From positions 139,829 through 192,523 of the forward strand of contig JBAZJY010000003.1 of the NCBI GenBank assembly GCA_041651115.1: DNA of 52,695 nucleotides. The letters are read 5' to 3'. This DNA is from Candidatus Omnitrophota bacterium. GTDB lineage: Bacteria > Omnitrophota > Gorgyraeia > Gygaellales > Profunditerraquicolaceae. The notes below the pieces were generated by a model, which saw only the letters and a list, made by a program, of their open reading frames with translations, did not search any database and had not been told where the DNA came from. The position numbers and the translations under genes were made by a program. This document shows positions 45,388-52,695 of the stretch, one piece after another. Within the stretch, counting starts at the first letter, position 1. Each line of letters starts with the position of its first letter.

Positions 45388-45406
45388 ATTTTGCCTATTT
45401 TTTAAA

Positions 45407-47260
45407 TTATCTTCCTAAAATTATCAGGGTAATATCATCGTGCTGCACGCAGCGGAGAGCAAATTCAGCAACATCATCCAATAAGGCTTTTGACAACTCG
45501 GCAGATTTCTTGCCGCGGTTTTCGGAAATTACCTTCTTTATCCTCTCAATGCCAAACTCCCGCTTATCCTTACTACGCGCCTCGGTCAAGCCGTCGGTAA
45601 AGATAATTATTTTATCACCTTTTTCTAAATTGAATAGAACATTATTGTATTCCGCGTCTTCCGTAACGCCAAGGGGTAAACCCGCATCCAGCTCTATTTC
45701 CTTTAGTTCATTCGCCTTTTCCTTAAAAACAAGCAGCGGCGCATGTCCTGCCGAAGAAACGCTCACCGTGTTATTGACGGTATCAATGATCAGGTACATA
45801 AAAGTAACAAACCTGGAAGACGTCCTGCCATAAAGTTCTTTATTAAGCAAGCTTAAGACTTTGGCGCAATCCCGGCATTGGCGGCTGAATATCCTGAAAA
45901 GTGAAATTGCCTGCGCCATGATCAAAGACGCGGGTACGCCCTTTCCTGAAACGTCCCCGATCAAAAGCCCCAGGGTTTTCTCATCAAGGGCAATAAGGTC
46001 ATACAAGTCTCCGGCAACAAATTTTGCCGGCTGTAAAGATGAGGAAATATCCAAACCGTTGAATTCTTTTAATTCCTGCGGCAGGAAACTCTGCTGGATA
46101 CTGCGGGCAATTTCCAGCTCTTTTTCCAGAAGCTCCCTCTTTTTTGTCTCTATAAAGATCCTATAAACGATTGCGACAACATAAACCGAAAAAATAATAA
46201 ATAAAGGCAGGAATAAGTCTATCCAAATGCCTAAGAATATGAATAACCCGGTAGAGATAAGAAAATAAGCCAAGCCAAGGATCAGGCTCCCCAAAAGCGC
46301 TTTTAATGGCTTAAACCGCAGGCACATTGTCAAACCGAGTGCAAACAGAAGCAGCGCTATAAGGAGGTTTATCAAAGTGCCGGCAGGCCTGATAAATTCA
46401 TTCTGTATCAGGCTGTTAAATACGCTTGCCTGCAGGCCGACTAAAGGGTAATTATTCCCTAATGGCACCGGTTGAAAATCCGATGTCCCCGTCGCGGTCA
46501 AGCCGATAAAACAAACTTTATCTTTTAATACCGATAAATCTATGTCCGGCTCTTTACCTTGTTTTAGCTGGCTAAAAGACTTTAGTATCTCAAAGTAAGA
46601 AAGGTGCTTAAAGGTTTTCTCCCACCTGCCCGGATAATTTACCAGCAAATAATTTCCGGCCATCACCGGCAGAGAAAGCCGTTTATCTAAGATGTTTAAA
46701 CCGAGCGTATCATAGGCAGCCTTGAATCCCAATTGCGGGATCAGTTCATTATTATATTTTATAAACAGGGGTATTTTCCTGATCTTTCCGTCCGGATCCA
46801 GGACTACATTAATATGGCCGATGCCTGCGGCGCTTTCAGAAAATCCCGGGGCAAGGCCTGCCAGGAGAGAAGGATATTTCCCCGGCAAAAATGCCAGCGG
46901 CAGGTAAACGTTACCGGCGGCTTTTATGGCGCGGGAAAACTCGGCATCATACGGGGTGGGCTCGGGGAAAAGAACATCAAAAATTATTTTTCTTACCCCG
47001 CACTCTTTCAGGACGTCCACCAAACTGGCATGAAAATCGCGCGGGATCGGCCAATTGGCCAGGTTCTTCAGGGAATCATCCGATATTTCAATAATAACGA
47101 TATTTTCGCTAACTTTTATGGCGGGGCGTAATTTAAACCTTAAGTCGTAGAAAAGAAGCTCGTGGCCATTGAAGACATTAAACGCGGAAAGGATAAAAAC
47201 CGCAAGGCAACCGGCGAGGATCACCCGCGATCTCAAGGAGATCTTTTTAAAGAATTTCAT
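45407..47260 (-). CDS. CHASE2 sensor fused to a SpoIIE/PP2C-type protein phosphatase
   Basis: 617 aa. Signal anchor, then CHASE2 (IVIIEISDDSLKNLANWPIPRDFHASLVDVL..IIFDVLF), then 3-4 TM helices. PP2C motifs follow: IARSIQQSFLP, GDLYD, GDVSGKGVPASL, FTDGLTEA, DDITLIIL. Confidence 0.85.
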   Translation of the reverse strand: MKFFKKISLRSRVILAGCLAVFILSAFNVFNGHELLFYDLRFKLRPAIKVSENIVIIEISDDSLKNLANWPIPRDFHASLVDVLKECGVRKIIFDVLFPEPTPYDAEFSRAIKAAGNVYLPLAFLPGKYPSLLAGLAPGFSESAAGIGHINVVLDPDGKIRKIPLFIKYNNELIPQLGFKAAYDTLGLNILDKRLSLPVMAGNYLLVNYPGRWEKTFKHLSYFEILKSFSQLKQGKEPDIDLSVLKDKVCFIGLTATGTSDFQPVPLGNNYPLVGLQASVFNSLIQNEFIRPAGTLINLLIALLLFALGLTMCLRFKPLKALLGSLILGLAYFLISTGLFIFLGIWIDLFLPLFIIFSVYVVAIVYRIFIETKKRELLEKELEIARSIQQSFLPQELKEFNGLDISSSLQPAKFVAGDLYDLIALDEKTLGLLIGDVSGKGVPASLIMAQAISLFRIFSRQCRDCAKVLSLLNKELYGRTSSRFVTFMYLIIDTVNNTVSVSSAGHAPLLVFKEKANELKEIELDAGLPLGVTEDAEYNNVLFNLEKGDKIIIFTDGLTEARSKDKREFGIERIKKVISENRGKKSAELSKALLDDVAEFALRCVQHDDITLIILGR

Positions 47261-47262
47261 GA

Positions 47263-48276
47263 TTAAAAATTATACTGCCACCCGCAGGTAAAGACGTTTT
47301 CGGTATATTTGTCAATGGAATCGTTCGCGTTGTCGCCGCGGTAGGTGTAAAGAAAAGAAAGGATATTATGCTTGTCCAATTTATACCGGAACAAGAGGTT
47401 TGTCGCGTAAATATTCTCCTTTTCCTTATAATTCTCATTAGTAACAAGGCGGCTCTTGTAATTTTTTCTTAGATAAATGAAATTGGAACTTAAATCAAAT
47501 TTACGGGTAAATTTATAAGTTATAGATGGGGATATCTCATAGGATTTATAATCGTAGAAATCAAGATACCTGTCGTTAGAGTTATTGACCGAGAACCTGC
47601 CCATGATCTTTGCGTAAAACTTCCGGGTAATATCAGAGCTGATGTTGTATTCAACGCTCTGCCTGTTTTCCCTGCGTTCTTTTTCCTGGGTTGAGCCATA
47701 GTCATCGCCCATGGCCTTTCTATCGGTATAATATTTTTCGCCGTATGAAAAAAGCAGTTGGTGATAGGTTTTACGCGCCAGTTTGCTCTTTAGATAAAAG
47801 AGATACTTATTAAAAAGGAATGTGCCGTCGTCATTATTGGTATAGGCATAGATAGCCAGGTCATCCCCGATACCGACATTTAGCCAGTCAAATAATTTTT
47901 TATCCACCACAAAACGGCCGTGGTTTAAGATATTAGAGATATCAGTTGCCTCATTATAATTTAAAACGTCCAGGTCATAGTTAAAGACGAACTTGGTGCG
48001 GGCAATCCACGGTTTTATCACCGAAGACGACCAGAGGAATTCCTCGTAATGATCACCCTTGCTTTCCGCGCTCAAACGGGCATTAGTATCAAATCCGTAA
48101 AATAAGCCCGCCACAGAAGAAAGCTTAAAGGTAGGCTTCTTTTTTTCTAACTTGCTTATTTCCAGGGTCTTTTCTTCTCTTTCTTCGCGCACATCATCGC
48201 AAAGACCTCGGTCAACTGCAGAAAAAAGGAAAATGCCAGTAATTACCAAGACCATGAAAGAAAATTTTCTATACAT
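47263..48276 (-). CDS. Putative outer-membrane beta-barrel protein
   Basis: 337 aa. Signal peptide, alternating hydrophobic beta-strand pattern rich in Y/N/D, and a C-terminal beta-signal GWQYNF. Confidence 0.6.
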   Translation of the reverse strand: MYRKFSFMVLVITGIFLFSAVDRGLCDDVREEREEKTLEISKLEKKKPTFKLSSVAGLFYGFDTNARLSAESKGDHYEEFLWSSSVIKPWIARTKFVFNYDLDVLNYNEATDISNILNHGRFVVDKKLFDWLNVGIGDDLAIYAYTNNDDGTFLFNKYLFYLKSKLARKTYHQLLFSYGEKYYTDRKAMGDDYGSTQEKERRENRQSVEYNISSDITRKFYAKIMGRFSVNNSNDRYLDFYDYKSYEISPSITYKFTRKFDLSSNFIYLRKNYKSRLVTNENYKEKENIYATNLLFRYKLDKHNILSFLYTYRGDNANDSIDKYTENVFTCGWQYNF

Positions 48277-48321
48277 AGCTTCTCCTCTTTTATTGAACCA
48301 AACGCCTGTTGCTAATTACCA

Positions 48322-49113
48322 CTAACGTTTAATATCTTCAGTCGGCGGATTATCTGACGGCGGCTCTGGTATTTCTATATCCCTTCTATTCTCTTCCCTT
48401 AAATCCCGATAATCCTGGCGCTGCTCATCGTGCAGCCCGAATTCTTCTATACCAAGGCCCTCATCATCATTTTCTTCGCCGCCTTTTTCTATAACAAAAT
48501 CAACCGTATCGGTAAAATTGTCCCAAGTATCAAAATCCCTTCCCCCTAATTGGCGCGGCTGTCCAAAATCGCCCCCGGGTCCGACATCAATGCCAAACCC
48601 GTTGCCAATGTTTTGTTCGCCGGTAGGATTGCCATTTTCATCCAACCCTTGCACAAAAATAGTATTCTCAAAACATTCTGCGTTAGTATTGCCGTTATTA
48701 AATCCGGTTACCCATCCTGTGCCGCGCGCTCCGGCAATGGCAGTAGGAGTCCTGACCTGGAATTTTTCCTCTTTGGCTAAATTCTCAACCAAAGCAAATA
48801 CCCTGCCCTGCGGCAGGAAAATATTCCCCGGCTTAACACTCTCTATTTTTATCTTTGTATTCTCCTTAACAGAAACAATATTTGTCGGCTCCTCATCAAA
48901 CGCCAGGATACATTCAGACCGCGCTTTTGTTTCTACTTCAGCGCCGTCATTTAACACCATATTAAGCTTTACCTTTTCCCACTCAAGGCCTGCTTCTTTT
49001 TTGACCATTACCTGGCCTCGCCTGTCAATGACCTTGGCTGTTTGCGCGAATAAGGCCATAGGCAAGACTAACAGAAACGAAACCGCTATTATGAATACGA
49101 ATATCCTTTTCAT
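48322..49113 (-). CDS. Secreted FecR-domain protein with an acidic tail
   Basis: 263 aa. Signal peptide ..LPMALFAQTA. FecR-like GQVMVKKEAGLEWEKVKLNMVLNDGAEVETKARSECILAF. Acidic C-terminal 60 aa. Confidence 0.65.
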   Translation of the reverse strand: MKRIFVFIIAVSFLLVLPMALFAQTAKVIDRRGQVMVKKEAGLEWEKVKLNMVLNDGAEVETKARSECILAFDEEPTNIVSVKENTKIKIESVKPGNIFLPQGRVFALVENLAKEEKFQVRTPTAIAGARGTGWVTGFNNGNTNAECFENTIFVQGLDENGNPTGEQNIGNGFGIDVGPGGDFGQPRQLGGRDFDTWDNFTDTVDFVIEKGGEENDDEGLGIEEFGLHDEQRQDYRDLREENRRDIEIPEPPSDNPPTEDIKR

Positions 49114-49124
49114 TTCTCTCTCCT

Positions 49125-49694
49125 CTATTTGCCGCTCGGCTTTGGCTTGGTTTCTTTGCCTTTGAATAAAAGTTTCCAGGGATGGCGCTTGATATCGTCG
49201 CTAAATTCCTCAAAATTCTTGGCGATATTAGTTATTCTCTCTTTGTTCTCGCCTACAATTGAATTTACATCAGACAAAAGCGAGTCTATGTCTACGTAAG
49301 GCTTACCATAAATAGTGATACCCGGTTCTAAGAAACTATTGTTTTGCGCGGAAGATATCTGGATGAATTTTTCACCCATCAGGCCAAGGGTCTTGATGGA
49401 AATTTCCGAGTTTTCCCTGATCCTTGTGTCCTTGTCCAGCCATAGCTTAAGGATAACTAAGGTCTTGTCGGCATCATAAGAGATCTTCATATCGTCTACT
49501 TTGCCGACTTCAAAGCCATTCATCATTACCGGCGCTTTCTTATCCAGGCCGGCGATTTCCTCAAAGATCACATAAATATTATAGCCCTCTTTCTTAAAAG
49601 AGATCTTCCCGGTTGACAGCGTAAGATAAGCTAACCCGGCTAAACACAAAATAATGAATAAGCCCACCTTGAACTCTTGCGTATATTTTTTCAT
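49125..49694 (-). CDS. MlaD/MCE-domain protein
   Basis: 189 aa. N-terminal TM helix and MCE core IFEEIAGLDKKAPVMMNGFEVGKVDDM. Confidence 0.8.
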   Translation of the reverse strand: MKKYTQEFKVGLFIILCLAGLAYLTLSTGKISFKKEGYNIYVIFEEIAGLDKKAPVMMNGFEVGKVDDMKISYDADKTLVILKLWLDKDTRIRENSEISIKTLGLMGEKFIQISSAQNNSFLEPGITIYGKPYVDIDSLLSDVNSIVGENKERITNIAKNFEEFSDDIKRHPWKLLFKGKETKPKPSGK

Positions 49695-49708
49695 ATTATT
49701 TCTCCCTG

Positions 49709-50518
49709 CTATAAGCCAAAATCTCCGATTACGCCGATATCTTCTTTAAAAAAATCTATCGGGCCTTCCGGCCTGCCGTTGATAAACTGCTGGATAAAAG
49801 GATTTTTAGAATTACGGATCTGATCGGGCGTGCCGATCTCAATGATCTGGCCCTTATGCACCATAGCGATCCTGTCGGCAATCGCGAATACGCTTTGCAT
49901 ATCATGGGTTACCACTACCGAAGTAATAAGCAATTTTGAGCTTAAGTCTTTGATCAGTTTATCGATCACTCCACCCACTACCGGGTCAAGCCCGGATGTC
50001 GGCTCATCATAAAAAACAATGTCCGGGTCAAGGGCGATTGCCCTGGCCAGGCCTACGCGTTTACGCATGCCTCCGGAGATCTGCGAAGGGTAATACTTCT
50101 CATAACCCCGCAAGCCAACCAGAGAAAGCTTCATTTTAATGATAATATTGACGATCTCTTCGGCTAACTTGGCGTGTTCCTGCAAGGGAAGGGCAATATT
50201 TTCTTCAACCGTCAATGAATCCAGGAGCGCGGAATACTGAAAGAGCATGCCGAAACGTTTCTTGATCTCATTCAATTCTTCTTCGGAAATATTGTAGATA
50301 TCCTTATTTTTTATCAACACCTTACCTTCATCCGGCTCGATCGTGCCGTTCATCAACCTTAAAGTAGTGCTCTTGCCTGAACCGGAACAGCCCATAATGA
50401 TAAAAGTTTCACCGGGAAAGATATCCAGGCTAAGATTATCGATTACTTTCTTGCCCTGGAATGTTTTTGAGACATTCCTTAGAGAAATTATCGGCTCTTT
50501 TGCTTGCGGCTGGCTCAT
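49709..50518 (-). CDS. MlaF-like ABC transporter ATP-binding protein
   Basis: 269 aa. Walker A GCSGSGKST, signature ISGGMRKRVGLARA, Walker B IVFYDEPTSGLD. Confidence 0.9.
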   Translation of the reverse strand: MSQPQAKEPIISLRNVSKTFQGKKVIDNLSLDIFPGETFIIMGCSGSGKSTTLRLMNGTIEPDEGKVLIKNKDIYNISEEELNEIKKRFGMLFQYSALLDSLTVEENIALPLQEHAKLAEEIVNIIIKMKLSLVGLRGYEKYYPSQISGGMRKRVGLARAIALDPDIVFYDEPTSGLDPVVGGVIDKLIKDLSSKLLITSVVVTHDMQSVFAIADRIAMVHKGQIIEIGTPDQIRNSKNPFIQQFINGRPEGPIDFFKEDIGVIGDFGL

Positions 50519-51303
50519 GTTTTAGAAAAATAGAAAATGGCGGTGATAATACAATCGGCCAGAATGATCGAAATAAAACTTGCCACAACGCTGCGCGTGG
50601 TGGCCCGGCCCACTCCTTCTGCCCCGCCTTTAGTATTTAACCCTTCATAACAGGAGATCAGCGCGATAATCACCCCGAAGACCCCTGCCTTGAGTAAACC
50701 GATATAAATATCCTTGAGCGCCAGGTGTTTAAAAGTAGTCTGCATATATAGATCGGGATTGATATTAAGGCTGCCTGTGCCGACAAGGAACCCGCCGAAT
50801 ATGCCGGAAATGTTGCCCAGGATCACAAGGCAGGGCATCATCACTAATAAAGCTAAAAAACGCGAAACGCAAAGATAGCGGGTAGGAGAAATAGACATCG
50901 TATCCAGCGCCTCTACCTGCTCGGTTACCTTCATTGAACCGAGCTCTGCGGCAATCGCCGAGCCGGCGCGGCCGGCAACTACCAAGCCGGTCAGGACCGG
51001 GCTTAATTCGCGGCAGAGGGATATCGCGACCAGCGAAGCAACATAAATCACCGCGCCCATCTTTTCCAGCTGATAGGCGGTCTGCATGGCTAAAACAATA
51101 CCGGTAAAAAAATCCACGAAAAATACGAGCACCACCGAGCGCAGGCCGACAAAGACCATTTGCTGGAATATGCCTTTGCGCTGCGCTGCCTTTCCCTTAA
51201 ATGAGCCAAAGAACAACCAGTAAAGCACGTTAAGAAAAAGAGAAAGAACGCCCCTAAGCCATCCCAGGTACTCAATAACTACTTTTCCGATATGAGAAAC
51301 CAT
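50515..51303 (-). CDS. MlaE-family ABC transporter permease (no STAS domain)
   Basis: 262 aa, MlaE-type 5-6 TM permease. Its ATG at 51301-51303 directly abuts the stop of the STAS gene. Confidence 0.85.
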   Translation of the reverse strand: MVSHIGKVVIEYLGWLRGVLSLFLNVLYWLFFGSFKGKAAQRKGIFQQMVFVGLRSVVLVFFVDFFTGIVLAMQTAYQLEKMGAVIYVASLVAISLCRELSPVLTGLVVAGRAGSAIAAELGSMKVTEQVEALDTMSISPTRYLCVSRFLALLVMMPCLVILGNISGIFGGFLVGTGSLNINPDLYMQTTFKHLALKDIYIGLLKAGVFGVIIALISCYEGLNTKGGAEGVGRATTRSVVASFISIILADCIITAIFYFSKT

Positions 51304-51636
51304 TTAGAAATCCTTTAGCCCTGATGCCTTATCTTCAAAGATCTCAAAAAGCTTATGCAGCTTAGTAACCTCAAAAACATTTTTTATTTTCTGGTTCATC
51401 CCGCTAAAACGTATGCGGCCGCCGATCTTCTTCAGGCGCTGGGACATCTCGATCAGAGTAGCGAGCCCTGAGCTGTCAATATAAGCGACATTAAGGAACT
51501 CTACGAGGATCTTCTTTTCATTTCTTTTAATGAATTCATCAAAGGCCTTGCGCAGTTGCGGAGAAGTCGTAATATCAATCTCCCCTTCTATGGCGCATAC
51601 CAGTATATCGCCGCTTTTTTCCTCGTTTATCTTCAC
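51304..51636 (-). CDS. Single-domain STAS protein (anti-sigma-factor-antagonist / MlaB-like)
   Basis: 110 aa with a GTG start in a GTGA overlap with the kinase gene. Canonical phospho-acceptor motif YIDSSGLATL. Confidence 0.85.
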   Translation of the reverse strand: MKINEEKSGDILVCAIEGEIDITTSPQLRKAFDEFIKRNEKKILVEFLNVAYIDSSGLATLIEMSQRLKKIGGRIRFSGMNQKIKNVFEVTKLHKLFEIFEDKASGLKDF

Positions 51637-52046
51637 TTGCCTTCTCCTTTTTTAAATAATTTCACCATTTTTATTTTACGGCCGCGCTCAAGAAAAGTTA
51701 CTTTATCCATGTGCTTACGGATCAAAAATATCCCCCTGCCGGAAAGTTTATGGAGTTTATCCGGCTTGGTGGGGTCAGGGGCATTCCGGAAATTAAAACC
51801 CTTGCCCTGATCAGCTACCCAGATAGTTAAAGAGCGGCTGCCGGCTTCCACTTTTACCCTTACGGCCAGATCCGGATTAAGCTTGTTCCCGTGCCTTATG
51901 GCATTGGACAAGGCTTCCCCTAAGGATAATTTTACGCCATGGATCTGCGCTTCATCCAGGGGTAATTGCTTAATTTTATCTATTATGGTATGGCTTAATT
52001 TCGGTATGAACTTGAGCTCGGAGGGTGTTTCTTCACAGAAATGCAT
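51633..52046 (-). CDS. RsbW/SpoIIAB-like GHKL serine protein kinase (anti-sigma-type)
   Basis: 137 aa. N-box EALSNAIRHG, G1 DQGKGF, G2 GRGIFL. No SD before the ATG. Confidence 0.8.
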   Translation of the reverse strand: MHFCEETPSELKFIPKLSHTIIDKIKQLPLDEAQIHGVKLSLGEALSNAIRHGNKLNPDLAVRVKVEAGSRSLTIWVADQGKGFNFRNAPDPTKPDKLHKLSGRGIFLIRKHMDKVTFLERGRKIKMVKLFKKGEGK

Positions 52047-52053
52047 AGGTTTA

Positions 52054-52082
52054 ATTATAGGCGCAATACTTCAATATTTCAA
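52054..52082 (-). promoter_or_regulatory. Near-consensus sigma70-type promoter of the kinase-STAS-Mla unit, predicting a leaderless first gene
   Basis: Minus strand: TTGAAA (52077-52082, overlapping the GIY-YIG stop), a 17-nt spacer, then TATAAT (52054-52059). Only 7 nt separate the -10 from the ATG at 52046. Confidence 0.55.
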
Positions 52083-52351
52083 GGAGATTTTGCCATTACT
52101 TTGTTACTAACGAAGCGGGCCAGAGCTAATTTCTTTTTCCGCGGTAATTTTTTTATCTGCGCTTCGCGCTTTAGGGCCTTGGACCTGGTTGCGGCCTCTT
52201 CGTTATAGACCAGCTTAACCGGGCAGCGGTATTTAGTGAACTTACAGCCATTACCGGAATTATGCGCGCGGACGCGGCGCTCTAAATTGTTGGTTATACC
52301 TGTATAGAGAATACCGTCTTTACATTTAATGATGTAGACGCGCCAAGGCAT
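52079..52351 (-). CDS. GIY-YIG nuclease-family small protein (UPF0213-like)
   Basis: 90 aa. Contains VYIIKCKDGILYTGITNNLERRVRAHN. Confidence 0.8.
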   Translation of the reverse strand: MPWRVYIIKCKDGILYTGITNNLERRVRAHNSGNGCKFTKYRCPVKLVYNEEAATRSKALKREAQIKKLPRKKKLALARFVSNKVMAKSP

Positions 52352-52438
52352 ATGCGAAAGAAAAGTTGAGGAATGGGGCCCTTCGCGTATGAACGAAGGT
52401 ACCGCTTGACTGCAGAAATGCTTCCCGGTCAGTAAAGT

Positions 52439-52695
52439 TTATTTATAATAATTGATGCCTCTTAAAATAAACTGTTCTTCCAGGCGTTTTGGCGAAAAGA
52501 ATTTACAGACAAATGATTTGGCTAAATTGGTATCGAACTCTTTGCAGCAATATATGTCGATTGAGATATAATTTTTTACGCTTAACGTATGAATAACAAT
52601 TGAACTCTCTACTAATGGCGCCCAGCCTGAAAGGCCCGCTTTATCGGGAAAACGCTTGGCATCCGTAAAAAATATGCTGGGCGGCGACTGCTTCT
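52439..52695 (-). CDS. S-adenosylmethionine decarboxylase-like (pyruvoyl-type) protein, 5' end outside the window
   Basis: Open minus-strand frame to the window edge, with TAA at 52439-52441. Translation: ..RFPDKAGLSGWAPLVESSIVIHTLSVKNYISIDIYCCKEF..ILRG. This matches the SpeH-type pattern GVSG..ISES.L.IHT....ID.FTC. It has no start in the window, so it is absent from the ORF track. Confidence 0.55.
   Translation of the reverse strand, partial: KQSPPSIFFTDAKRFPDKAGLSGWAPLVESSIVIHTLSVKNYISIDIYCCKEFDTNLAKSFVCKFFSPKRLEEQFILRGINYYK

Noticed and set aside
1-52695. Search by eye for CRISPR arrays, tRNA/rRNA genes, IS elements, integrases, and toxin-antitoxin or known defence cassettes.
   Set aside because: Intergenic spaces are at most 249 nt and are accounted for by promoters and leaders. 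I saw no spaced direct-repeat arrays, no cloverleaf-like segments and no transposase or integrase motifs. The GIY-YIG and AbrB-like genes have no partner genes suggesting TA or defence modules.

Overview
This is a gene-dense 52.7-kb chromosomal segment from a diderm bacterium, shown by TolC-type, LolA-like, Mla/MCE, FecR and beta-barrel OMP genes. It is probably an uncultivated lineage, and GC is mid-40s % by eye. I can support 55 protein-coding genes, and every one lies on the minus strand. I saw no rRNA, tRNA, CRISPR array, transposase or integrase.

Gene content, in minus-strand transcription order (high to low coordinates):
- a partial AdoMetDC-like gene and a GIY-YIG gene;
- a near-consensus promoter followed by 23 tightly packed genes (52046 to 33780). 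These are an RsbW-like kinase, a STAS protein, MlaE/F/D, a FecR-domain protein, an OMP, a CHASE2-PP2C phosphatase, a TPR-K+ channel, PilT, three REC-only regulators, a CHASE4 kinase, two unknown small genes, a permease, an FkbM methyltransferase, a second MCE system (STAS-MlaE, MlaF, MlaD, PqiC-like lipoprotein) and YjbQ;
- hflKC, a P3A-type H+-ATPase and a truncated pyruvate kinase;
- mscS and a long SDR;
- csp;
- uup, two small unlisted ORFs, an RRM protein, hemerythrin, carB, envelope-lipid genes, a second CHASE4 kinase, an RhlA/PhaG-like hydrolase and dinB;
- rubrerythrin, DUF2156, MATE, a histidine kinase and a DEAD-box helicase;
- an AbrB-like regulator with tolC-macA-macB-MFS.

The lead candidate for an undescribed system is a complete partner-switching set (kinase, phosphorylatable STAS, envelope-sensing PP2C phosphatase). 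It has no sigma factor in the window and is wrapped around an Mla-type lipid ABC transporter.

Other points worth a second look:
- terminator-like hairpins placed downstream of strong promoters in the csp and hflK leaders;
- an H+-ATPase gene overlapping a pyruvate kinase gene that lacks the C-terminal domain;
- a zinc-ribbon gene missing from the ORF track;
- a beta-hairpin-repeat protein with no signal peptide.

All calls rest on motif recognition by eye. No database search, HMM scan or folding program was run.
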